DNA from: a virus
Taxonomy: Duplodnaviria; Caudoviricetes
Strand: one strand, 5' to 3'
Virus record (IMG/VR): IMGVR_UViG_3300032335_001269
Span: 1-64,000 of that record
DNA length: 64,000 bases
The position numbers and the translations under genes are program-made. This document shows, piece by piece, positions 56,213 through 63,849 of the stretch. The notes beneath the pieces were generated by a model that worked only from the letters and a program-made list of their open reading frames with translations, had not been told where the DNA came from and ran no database searches. The first letter of the stretch is position 1. Every line of letters begins with the position of its first letter.

Positions 56213-56401
56213 TTAACCTTTTTTATCCTTTCTTTCTTGTGCTGCTGTCTGTGCTAAATGAATATTTGTATGAAGACGTTGTAGATTTGCATAACGATTA
56301 TGCTGACGTGTTATAACAGAGTTTGCTTTAATTCTTGCAGCATTAACATTTGACTGTTGTGCTGTAGGAATCTGTTCCATGAATTGAAAGAACGTCTTCA
56401 T
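56213..56401 (-). CDS. Basic protein with capsid-targeting-like N-terminus
   Basis: MKTFFQFMEQ; CTAAATA at 56425-56431. Confidence 0.6.
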   Translation of the reverse strand: MKTFFQFMEQIPTAQQSNVNAARIKANSVITRQHNRYANLQRLHTNIHLAQTAAQERKDKKG

Positions 56402-56452
56402 TGCTATACTTAAGACTGTAATGATATTTAGAATCTGGTTGATTATAATACA

Positions 56453-56875
56453 TCAATTCACAAAATCCCACATTCCACCATTCCATTGCCACTTACGATC
56501 TTTCCATTCATAACTATCACCTACATTTGGATTTATAGGAAACCTTGGACCACTATCTTCCTGGTCTGAACTCTGCACCTTATTAATAACCTCATCGAAC
56601 TTTCCATTTAACCAATCATTATCTGACACTGACCACTTATTAATTGGACACGAATCTAATGCAAAGTTAGTCTTATGATCTAAAAAACATCCACAATGCT
56701 TACACCTTACTTGATTGGCATCATAATACTCACACTGTTTACATATATCAAGTCTTTCCTGTTTAACTTCAGGCGATACAAACAATGCATTAGATGAGAA
56801 CGCTTGCTTTACAACTTCAAATGTAAACTTTGCAAGATTCTTTCCTTGTTCTGGTAATGATGGATAGTCAGTCAT
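56453..56875 (-). CDS. Cys-rich DUF6171-type protein
   Basis: RLDICKQC...CKHCGCF...CPINKW; C-terminal FP..P..GD.Y...W.WNG..W module. Confidence 0.7.
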   Translation of the reverse strand: MTDYPSLPEQGKNLAKFTFEVVKQAFSSNALFVSPEVKQERLDICKQCEYYDANQVRCKHCGCFLDHKTNFALDSCPINKWSVSDNDWLNGKFDEVINKVQSSDQEDSGPRFPINPNVGDSYEWKDRKWQWNGGMWDFVN

Positions 56876-56878
56876 TTG

Positions 56879-57997
56879 TTATGGTTGATATGCTCCCTTA
56901 ATTGTAGCAGAGTTTATCGTTCCTGTCACGCTATAATTAGAACCTGTAATCGCTCTTGCTCCAAATCCTCCTGAACCTGAATTGTTTGTACTTCCACCTG
57001 ATGCTCCCCAGTCTCCTCCATTACCACCAGTCTCTCCAGTATCACCAGTATTACCATAAGATGGGCAACCACCTGGTGTTCCTGATGCTCCTGATGCTCC
57101 ATTAGTTCTGGGCTGACCGTAACCTTGACCTACACCACCATTTCCACCTTCACCACCTGGGGCGCCTGGTACTCCATATGGAATAGTTTGACGACAGACA
57201 GAAACATATGAAGTGTTACTACATCCACCCTTTCCACAATTACACCCACCAGTGCCATAACAGTTAATCTGCTCATCTGCACCACATCCAGGGCATCCAC
57301 CACAACTCCCACCTGTAGTGTATTCTGAATAATTATAACACGTTCCAGTCGCTCCTGTCGCACCCGTAGATCCTTTTTCTCCTCCTCCACCACCACCATA
57401 GATGTTTGCGGAACCATTGACTTCTACAATCACTTCAGAACCTGTGGACTGAACATACATTGCTGGACCTGCATTTCCACCACTAATTGATGCGGAAGTT
57501 CCATTTGCTCCACCCGCACCATAGATTCCACCTGATACATTGACTCTTAAGTTATGTGCCTCTGCGAGTAAATAAGCAGCGTATTGAGAAATATTAGATG
57601 ATCCGATTGTACCGTTCAGATACATATACTTTCGAACGTTTTTGTTAAGATTGGAATTCCAGGTCTGTGTGCCAATGTTGAATCCAGGTGATGATGGTGA
57701 TGCCGTATTATCATCAGTAGATGTCTGAGTAATATAATAATACTTGATAGAATTGCGAAACTGTGAAATCTTAAGATCTGAAGATGTTGAGATATTTGCG
57801 TTTTCGGTTGCATCAGGTACAACTGCAGTTGTATTTGATGTACTGGTAACTCTTCTTAACTCTGACGCTTTAATTGGTAGTGTATCGACACTGAAACTAC
57901 CACCAGGTTGTTGTGCTCGGAAATTACTTCTTAAGGACGAGAAGGAGATACTTCCGGAAGTATAATATGGTCCTGCTTTTGTGACTGCCGCTGACAT
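56879..57997 (-). CDS. Glycine-rich fibre-like protein with Cys-rich insert
   Basis: SGSISFSSLR N-terminus, GGGGGG, G-x-x triplets flanking a Cys cluster. Confidence 0.7.
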   Translation of the reverse strand: MSAAVTKAGPYYTSGSISFSSLRSNFRAQQPGGSFSVDTLPIKASELRRVTSTSNTTAVVPDATENANISTSSDLKISQFRNSIKYYYITQTSTDDNTASPSSPGFNIGTQTWNSNLNKNVRKYMYLNGTIGSSNISQYAAYLLAEAHNLRVNVSGGIYGAGGANGTSASISGGNAGPAMYVQSTGSEVIVEVNGSANIYGGGGGGEKGSTGATGATGTCYNYSEYTTGGSCGGCPGCGADEQINCYGTGGCNCGKGGCSNTSYVSVCRQTIPYGVPGAPGGEGGNGGVGQGYGQPRTNGASGASGTPGGCPSYGNTGDTGETGGNGGDWGASGGSTNNSGSGGFGARAITGSNYSVTGTINSATIKGAYQP

Positions 57998-58194
57998 TCT
58001 TGAATGGAGGAATCCTGTGTGTCACTATTTAGAGAATCATTCCAATGTCTTACCACTCCTGCAATAATAAAACAATTAGTCATCAGATAAGATACAAAGA
58101 TGAATGTTCGAATCAATGCTATCTTATCTGACTCCTTATTACATTTGGATGCTTTCTCTCCTAATGCTTTTGCCCACAGTCTCCACAACTTCAT
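57931..58194 (-). CDS. Small membrane protein
   Basis: WRLWAKALGEKA...IRT...NCFIIAGVVRHW. Confidence 0.7.
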   Translation of the reverse strand: MKLWRLWAKALGEKASKCNKESDKIALIRTFIFVSYLMTNCFIIAGVVRHWNDSLNSDTQDSSIQECQRQSQKQDHIILPEVSPSRP

Positions 58195-58379
58195 TTATCT
58201 GATTCTTTTAAAAGTTTAACTTGATTCCATTGACTCTTATACACCAACACACAAGTATCATTCACTCTGTAATCACCAACTCTTACACAGATTGAAATGT
58301 ATTCATCACAGATAAATCGGACTTCACCAATCCAATCTCTATACTGAACAACAATACCCTCACTGAAAGTTGGTCTCAT
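58191..58379 (-). CDS. Hypothetical protein (SH3-like pattern)
   Basis: Coupled by ATGA overlaps. Confidence 0.65.
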   Translation of the reverse strand: MRPTFSEGIVVQYRDWIGEVRFICDEYISICVRVGDYRVNDTCVLVYKSQWNQVKLLKESDK

Positions 58380-58660
58380 ACAAATGCTGCTGTCAATGGA
58401 TTATATTTCAATGGCATTGCTGTATAAGGAGTTGTATCTTTTGGATTTATACGCTTACCAATGGTCTTACTATTAATGGGGGAGAAATACTCTTTTGTTT
58501 TGGTGTTGTAAAATCCCCAGATACATTTAACAGGTTTGCCAAGATTATAATCAAAGCACCGATCATAACAAATCCAAATCGCGGTGACATTGCGCTTGAA
58601 ATCTTCATATTCATAATGCATTCCTTTTGGTGCTTTGTGAGGAAATTCAATCGTTGTCAT
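58376..58660 (-). CDS. Conserved cyanophage hypothetical protein (start MTTIEF)
   Basis: FPHKAPKG, IWGFY, TTPYTAM. Confidence 0.75.
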   Translation of the reverse strand: MTTIEFPHKAPKGMHYEYEDFKRNVTAIWICYDRCFDYNLGKPVKCIWGFYNTKTKEYFSPINSKTIGKRINPKDTTPYTAMPLKYNPLTAAFV

Positions 58661-58811
58661 AAACTGCACGGAGACGATTGGGTGGATAACCTAATGACAA
58701 ATAATTATTCAACATCAAATCACATTGCTCTTTTGTCAGTTTTGTTGCTTCCTCACCAATCAATTCCCATCCTGTGGTTGTCAGTTCTTGAATACGATAC
58801 AGTTGTGTCAT
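58647..58811 (-). CDS. Hypothetical protein, 54 aa (not in track)
   Basis: MTQLYRIQELTTTGWELIGEEATKLTKEQCDLMLNNYLSLGYPPNRLRAVYDND. Confidence 0.65.
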   Translation of the reverse strand: MTQLYRIQELTTTGWELIGEEATKLTKEQCDLMLNNYLSLGYPPNRLRAVYDND

Positions 58812-59038
58812 GTAGTAAATGCCTCCAGAATACCAGACTCATACTCATCTTGTAAAGCAAACTTCTGGGCATTGATGATTCTTTCCATAATGCGATCTGT
58901 ATACCGATCATCAAACTGTTTTTCATCTGCCAGAAGAGTAAATGCTTCGGTGTCAGATTCAGCAATCAGATTAATCAAACCGCCATATTCTGAAGAAGGA
59001 AAAGGAACCCAGTAGTCTACAATGTAAAGATACTTCAT
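58808..59038 (-). CDS. Conserved hypothetical protein
   Basis: YIVDYWVPFPSSEYGG; AAGGAG SD; TTGACA-17-TAAAAT at 59090-59062. Confidence 0.75.
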   Translation of the reverse strand: MKYLYIVDYWVPFPSSEYGGLINLIAESDTEAFTLLADEKQFDDRYTDRIMERIINAQKFALQDEYESGILEAFTT

Positions 59039-59051
59039 TTCTTGTGTTAAA

Positions 59052-59222
59052 TTACTCCTTGATTTTAATAGAATGTTTGGAATTTGTCAACTGTCGATTC
59101 AACTCAACTTTTATCTGAATCAGATGCGAATGTAGATAGACAGCATACTCATTGGTTGAAAGCAATGAAATCAGATTCTCAATTTGCAATAATGCCAGAA
59201 TCAGTTTGGTGTTCTCATTCAT
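59052..59222 (-). CDS. Hypothetical protein, 56 aa (not in track)
   Basis: MNENTKLILALLQIENL...VELNRQLTN; its 3' end contains the next promoter. Confidence 0.6.
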   Translation of the reverse strand: MNENTKLILALLQIENLISLLSTNEYAVYLHSHLIQIKVELNRQLTNSKHSIKIKE

Positions 59223-59401
59223 ACAAACTCTTGAATATAATAGTCTACAGTAATCTCCAGCTCTGCTGCCTTTTGTTCATAAAAGTTGTCAGTGTATTGT
59301 TTTGCAATAGTCCAGGCATCGTGCTTGACTTGTTCGACTTCTGAATGTTTCATGAAATCGGAGAATGATTTGATAAACTGTGAGATGTCTTCGTCGTTCA
59401 T
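59219..59401 (-). CDS. Hypothetical protein
   Basis: EQKAAELEITVDYYIQEF; coupled overlaps. Confidence 0.7.
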   Translation of the reverse strand: MNDEDISQFIKSFSDFMKHSEVEQVKHDAWTIAKQYTDNFYEQKAAELEITVDYYIQEFV

Positions 59402-59532
59402 TTGTTTTGATAAGAGCAGTTGGTAGGAGCACAGGCATCGTATGCCTTAAACAGTTTTGCATCACGTTGAATTAGAAATGCATTCCAACCCAGAATCGCA
59501 ATGAATGCAAGATAGATGTAAGAGGTTTTCAT
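59398..59532 (-). CDS. Small membrane protein, 44 aa (not in track)
   Basis: MKTSYIYLAFIAILGWNAFLIQRDAKLFKAYDACAPTNCSYQTK. Confidence 0.6.
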   Translation of the reverse strand: MKTSYIYLAFIAILGWNAFLIQRDAKLFKAYDACAPTNCSYQNK

Positions 59533-59765
59533 CAGCACGCTCCTGCCATAGGATTCACATTCACCGATTCAGTATTGAAACCGGTCACATTATAACCCAG
59601 ACCAATACGCTCTTCACACTCACGCTCAAAGTCACGCTTGCTGATGCACTTGGTGCTCATTGTATCCACACCTTGAAACTTCAGCACCTTGTACATAAAT
59701 TGAGTGCTGCCTTGAATCGGATAATAATCAACAACCATTGTGCCAGTGGTAGAGGTCAGTTGCAT
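59532..59765 (-). CDS. Early hypothetical protein
   Basis: First gene after family-B promoter 59792-59851. Confidence 0.7.
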   Translation of the reverse strand: MQLTSTTGTMVVDYYPIQGSTQFMYKVLKFQGVDTMSTKCISKRDFERECEERIGLGYNVTGFNTESVNVNPMAGAC

Positions 59766-59839
59766 TGAGAGTGTCTCGCGATTACCTTTGTATTATAGAG
59801 CACCCCCAGAGGTCTGGGAGTGCCTGCTGTGCCAGTTCC

Positions 59840-60430
59840 TCAACTGGTTGGGAAGATGTCAGAGTTTCCTCCATCAATCCAAAGATTGTCATCAACCTGA
59901 ATGAAACCTACCTCATTTACATTGTCATAATGTTCTTGAAGTCGAGCAACCTTATCCTTCAAACTAACATGCTCAACAACATATCCTTCAAGAGTTTGTG
60001 TTGTGGCATCGGGGTCATCACTCTTATCTTCCAAACGTTCACGTTCTTGATGGTCTACAAGAGGGGCAAGAGTTTCCCAACTGTTACCATGACCATTGGC
60101 AAGAATGTGATTGCAATTCAACTTATACATCAAATTGGTAATCATCGTATGAATATTTTCTGCATTTGGTTCATCAAGTGTATACTCAAATGCCTCCGCA
60201 AGACCAAGACCACATTCACCAGTTTTGATAGGGTCAATACCAGTGGATTCATATTCTACGGAGAGTCCCATACCATCTTCATCTCTGGTTTCTGAAACAA
60301 CTCTTGAAGCAGAAGAATAGTCAATATCTTTCAAGCAGAGTTCTGGTTCTTGATGAACACAATTCCAAGCCCATTCAAGGATATTGCAAAGTGAATCATA
60401 TTCAGTTGAAGTCAAAATCGGTTTAGTCAT
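59840..60430 (-). CDS. Acidic hypothetical protein
   Basis: 196-aa ORF; stop inside palindrome. Confidence 0.65.
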   Translation of the reverse strand: MTKPILTSTEYDSLCNILEWAWNCVHQEPELCLKDIDYSSASRVVSETRDEDGMGLSVEYESTGIDPIKTGECGLGLAEAFEYTLDEPNAENIHTMITNLMYKLNCNHILANGHGNSWETLAPLVDHQERERLEDKSDDPDATTQTLEGYVVEHVSLKDKVARLQEHYDNVNEVGFIQVDDNLWIDGGNSDIFPTS

Positions 60431-60462
60431 AATATCAAAGATAGTTGTAAAGTATTACAGAG

Positions 60463-60669
60463 TCAGAACGACGGCACCACGTCGTTGCGTAGACCAGTTT
60501 GCGAACTGTCCATCTGCTCATAGAGAGTGTAAAGTTTGTTGTGCAGTGCTGGCACACTTCCATACTCTCTGGCAATCATTCTTTCTTCTCTAATCTCCAG
60601 AAGTTGAAGTGCAGATAAAATCACACCAATTTCATGAACATTCAGTCTTACAAAATCTTCAGTCATCAT
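60463..60669 (-). CDS. Hypothetical protein
   Basis: LNVHEIGVILSALQ; 3' end encodes a degenerate palindrome. Confidence 0.65.
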   Translation of the reverse strand: MMTEDFVRLNVHEIGVILSALQLLEIREERMIAREYGSVPALHNKLYTLYEQMDSSQTGLRNDVVPSF

Positions 60670-60875
60670 TTCAATTCAATACGATCAAATACTAGCATAC
60701 CAATTTCAAAAAGTAAATCTTCATCCATATCTCCCATCACACTGCGAATCCCTTCAACCACTGCGGTCTGCATATATTCAGTGAATCCTTCATCCTCATA
60801 GATGTAATTGATAATTGCAGGTTTGAGTGCATCCGCAATCTTGGAAACAGAAGTGTTAGAGAGTTTCATTGTCAT
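60666..60875 (-). CDS. Hypothetical protein
   Basis: Coupled ORF in operon. Confidence 0.65.
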   Translation of the reverse strand: MTMKLSNTSVSKIADALKPAIINYIYEDEGFTEYMQTAVVEGIRSVMGDMDEDLLFEIGMLVFDRIELK

Positions 60876-61030
60876 TGGATGTTGAGATACTTTTCGTTGC
60901 GAATCATATGGTCAAGAACTTCACCAATCATTTGACGGTAAGTTTCATCATAGTTTTTGCTACACTCTTCATAAGCATCATACAGTTTGGTGTAGAGTGT
61001 ATCCCAGTGTTGACGAGTAATCACAGTCAT
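60872..61030 (-). CDS. Hypothetical protein, 52 aa (not in track)
   Basis: MTVITRQHWDTLYTKLYDAYEECSKNYDETYRQMIGEVLDHMIRNEKYLNIQ. Confidence 0.6.
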   Translation of the reverse strand: MTVITRQHWDTLYTKLYDAYEECSKNYDETYRQMIGEVLDHMIRNEKYLNIQ

Positions 61031-61245
61031 CAGTAGTGTGCCTCCGAATAATCAAGTTGAGCAGAATACTTTGCAATGGCATCATAACACTTACCCCGCA
61101 TACCTTCATCAGCACCCACAATGAACTCAAAGCAATACTTCATACGCTGCTCGGGATGTGAATTGATTCGTGCAATCTCTTGCTGTTGCTTGTTGTAAGC
61201 AAACATCTCACGGTCAGCAAAACTGGTGGTGTAGTAGGGGTGCAT
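61030..61245 (-). CDS. Early hypothetical protein
   Basis: Follows family-B promoter 61272-61330. Confidence 0.65.
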   Translation of the reverse strand: MHPYYTTSFADREMFAYNKQQQEIARINSHPEQRMKYCFEFIVGADEGMRGKCYDAIAKYSAQLDYSEAHY

Positions 61246-61272
61246 CAGGCGTTTCCGTTGATTACCTTGTAA

Positions 61273-61770
61273 TTATACTGCCTGCATCAGGCGGTTCGGG
61301 AACCACTGTGCCACTTTGGGGACTGGCACACGGTTCTTCTCAATCAGATATTCCAGATATAAGGTTTCTTCTTGCTCTCGTGCCTCAATTTCGTGTGGTT
61401 GATGCCAATACTCAATATCTTCGACGCATTCTTTACCATAATACATTTTTCCACGCTTGGACCGCAGCGAACCTACTACCCACTGTCGCAGATGTGTCAG
61501 TTCGTGCAAAAGAGTTTTTATATACAACTCCTTACACATATGCGTGTCAAGTTCAATCAGGAACTCACGCGGGCGATAAGATTCTCCCACATAGTCACAG
61601 TAACCATAAACTTCTTCACGACGCAGACCACGATGAAGAATCTCCACTTCAATCTTGTGTCGTGGCAGAAACTTATTCAAAAACCAAGAGGTAACGTCCT
61701 CACAGAGGCGTTTAGAGTAACCATATCCAGAAGTGTAAATGCAACTTTGCATGACCAATGAGAAAACCAA
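61273..61770 (-). CDS. Zinc metallopeptidase-like protein
   Basis: TLLHELTHLRQ (HExxH) plus downstream PHEIEA. Confidence 0.75.
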   Translation of the reverse strand: MVFSLVMQSCIYTSGYGYSKRLCEDVTSWFLNKFLPRHKIEVEILHRGLRREEVYGYCDYVGESYRPREFLIELDTHMCKELYIKTLLHELTHLRQWVVGSLRSKRGKMYYGKECVEDIEYWHQPHEIEAREQEETLYLEYLIEKNRVPVPKVAQWFPNRLMQAV

Positions 61771-61807
61771 ATGAACGAAAACATGAAAAGCAAACGGTCA
61801 AAGTTAT

Positions 61808-62197
61808 TCAATTGCATCCGAACATTGCTCCTCCAATTGCAGCACCAACAGGTACAGACCAATAATATCCATTACCACGACTCATACTTGCAGCAACACC
61901 ACCACCTAACAAAGCACCCAATACAGACCGGGTTGGATTACAATATCTTCTACCATATCCACCATAACCATTCCCATAATACTGATTGGCAGGTCGATAT
62001 CCTTGATTTACATTGTTGCAAGGAACATTGTAAGATTGCACACTCACACCACCGGGAACATAATTACCATATTGGTCATATCCACCGGGTTGATAGACCT
62101 CCTGATTTTGAGTGCAGACTGCATAATTGTTGATTTGTTGTGCTTGCACTGGAACAGATAGAAGTGTCAGTGGAAGAAGAAAAAGAAGTTTTTTCAT
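61808..62197 (-). CDS. Secreted protein with glycine-zipper C-terminus
   Basis: Signal peptide MKKLLFLLPLTLLSVPVQA; LGALLGGGVAA...VGAAIGG. Confidence 0.75.
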   Translation of the reverse strand: MKKLLFLLPLTLLSVPVQAQQINNYAVCTQNQEVYQPGGYDQYGNYVPGGVSVQSYNVPCNNVNQGYRPANQYYGNGYGGYGRRYCNPTRSVLGALLGGGVAASMSRGNGYYWSVPVGAAIGGAMFGCN

Positions 62198-62694
62198 TTT
62201 AGTAGTTTATAACCTTTACAAGTTGTTCCAGGATTGCGTAAAGTTCTCAACATAGTTCCAGATGAAGAATGATTTAAAACCTCACGGCACCATTTTGTGA
62301 GATTTGTGATTTCAATAGTTTCGCCAGTTGGTGTTTCAATCAGTCGGGTTTTTGCTTGTGAATATTCTACATTATCAGCATTACTCATCCACTCCAAGTT
62401 ATCAACTCTATTATCAGTTTTATCCTCGTTGATGTGATTAACTGTATCATAGTTATGGGGATTTGGAATGTAAGTTTCTGCCACTAATCTATGAATACTT
62501 GTATTTTTCATTCTGTTTGTGTTTTGTTCCAGAATGATTATCAGATAACCTTTTTTTGACAGTTGTGGTTTTAGTTCTCTTTTATAAGAATAATCAAGAA
62601 CTTTTCCTTTACCATTACCCCCAGGTTTTTTGTGTGAGAATACTTTACCATCTGGTGTGATAGAGTATTCTGGATAGTTTGGAATGAGTTTCAT
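62194..62694 (-). CDS. Free-standing NUMOD4/HNH homing endonuclease
   Basis: IPNYPEYSITPDGKV, IHRLVAETYIPNP, VNHINEDKTDNRVDNLEW. Confidence 0.92.
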   Translation of the reverse strand: MKLIPNYPEYSITPDGKVFSHKKPGGNGKGKVLDYSYKRELKPQLSKKGYLIIILEQNTNRMKNTSIHRLVAETYIPNPHNYDTVNHINEDKTDNRVDNLEWMSNADNVEYSQAKTRLIETPTGETIEITNLTKWCREVLNHSSSGTMLRTLRNPGTTCKGYKLLK

Positions 62695-62697
62695 AAA

Positions 62698-62745
62698 TGA
62701 CTGGAAGTGATTTATCTTTATTTATAAGTATAATACCTCCAGTCA
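62698..62745 (-). promoter_or_regulatory. Hairpin enclosing a late promoter just upstream of the HNH gene
   Basis: TGACTGGAGGT...TATAAATA...ACTTCCAGTCA-ttt-ATG. Confidence 0.8.
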
Positions 62746-62751
62746 CATTAG

Positions 62752-63105
62752 TCAACGTTTGTAGAGGTAACTTCCGTGCCAAGTTGCATTCTCAAGCAAC
62801 CATTCACGCTGCTCAATGATGCGAAGGTCATAACGAACACCTTTGGCAGGTGCTTTGAGACTCGCAGGTTTGTAGATTTCACCAGTCTTTTTATCAATGA
62901 AGCAATGAATGCTGTCACGACGACCATCAATGCACATAAAGATTTTGTGATACTTACGACCCGAAGAATTAAGTTCGTAACCATAACCATCAGGAGCATC
63001 TTGAATGAGAGCATCACACAGCATCAGACCATACTTAACAACATTCAACTGAATGGTGTTACGGGCGGTTTGCTGGGCAGCGTAGTCAGCGAAGGTGGCA
63101 GTCAT
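62752..63105 (-). CDS. Conserved early phage protein (start MTATFA)
   Basis: GRKYHKI, SIHCFIDKKTGEIYKPASLKAPAKGVRY. Confidence 0.8.
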   Translation of the reverse strand: MTATFADYAAQQTARNTIQLNVVKYGLMLCDALIQDAPDGYGYELNSSGRKYHKIFMCIDGRRDSIHCFIDKKTGEIYKPASLKAPAKGVRYDLRIIEQREWLLENATWHGSYLYKR

Positions 63106-63174
63106 CGGTTGATTGCGTATGTGCTTATTATAGGGGCACACAGGCGCCTCTGGGAGGGTCAGTGTGCCAGTTCA

Positions 63175-63849
63175 TCAACTGTCCATAAAGGACAGAATAC
63201 TTTCGGTTTGACTGTAGATTCTTTCTTTGGTCATTTCAAAATATTCTGGATTCATTTCAACACCAATAAAGTTTCTACCACACTGTTTTGCAGCAACACC
63301 AATTGCACCACTTCCCATACAAGGATCAAATACGGTGTCACCAATGTTTGAACTTGCTTCAATCAATCTTGCCATTAACTTAATTGGTTTTGGTGTTGGG
63401 TGATCCTTATAGTGTTCAGTTGCAGAACGCCAGACAGCAGATTTACAGTGCTCATTGAACACTGCTCCCGACTTCTTGGCAAACACACAATTCTCTATAC
63501 TGGACAACCATATATGTTGTCCATTCATTGGAGAAGGATTAGTTTTCTCCCATATGCAGTGCCTCACAGATAAACCGTGCTCGATCAATCGGTTGCGAAT
63601 ATGTGAGACCTGAACCGATCCGCAAAAGATATAAATGCTTCCCGAAGTCACACGAACAACCTCATCAATAAAATCATCAAGAGGAAATGTGATAATATCT
63701 GCGTGACTCTTATCAAGATTTCTTAACCCACCACTCTTGCGATTTACCTCATCATACGGTATATCTGTAAGCGTAAGCGAAATGCTCCCATCCGCAAGGG
63801 TAGGGAGCACATTCATACAATCTTCGTTATAAAGTTTTACATCACTCAT
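63175..63849 (-). CDS. DNA methyltransferase, N6A/N4C beta class
   Basis: LTDIPY (DPPY variant), WEKTNP, HPTPKP, VFDPCMGSG. Confidence 0.9.
   Translation of the reverse strand: MSDVKLYNEDCMNVLPTLADGSISLTLTDIPYDEVNRKSGGLRNLDKSHADIITFPLDDFIDEVVRVTSGSIYIFCGSVQVSHIRNRLIEHGLSVRHCIWEKTNPSPMNGQHIWLSSIENCVFAKKSGAVFNEHCKSAVWRSATEHYKDHPTPKPIKLMARLIEASSNIGDTVFDPCMGSGAIGVAAKQCGRNFIGVEMNPEYFEMTKERIYSQTESILSFMDS

Larger units (their letters stand above)
50709..63186. repeat. Repeat family B: about 13 copies of a 24-bp palindrome TGTGCCAsT-N6-AmTGkCACA upstream of early promoters
   Basis: Starts at 50709, 51465, 51739, 52400, 53609, 53888, 54479, 55223, 55424, 59828, 60490 (degenerate), 61307, 63163; each 29-31 bp from a minus-strand -10 hexamer. 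Confidence 0.92.

Noticed and set aside
49668-63186. Repeat families A and B as a CRISPR array
   Set aside because: Spacing is irregular (0.2-4 kb), intervals contain ORFs, repeats are tied to -10 boxes, and no cas genes are present
2479-63351. Plus-strand and nested ORFs in the track (e.g. 6702-6977, 8253-8696, 51740-52357, 52685-53353, 62776-63351)
   Set aside because: Antisense or alternate-frame shadows of well-supported minus-strand genes, with no recognisable motifs
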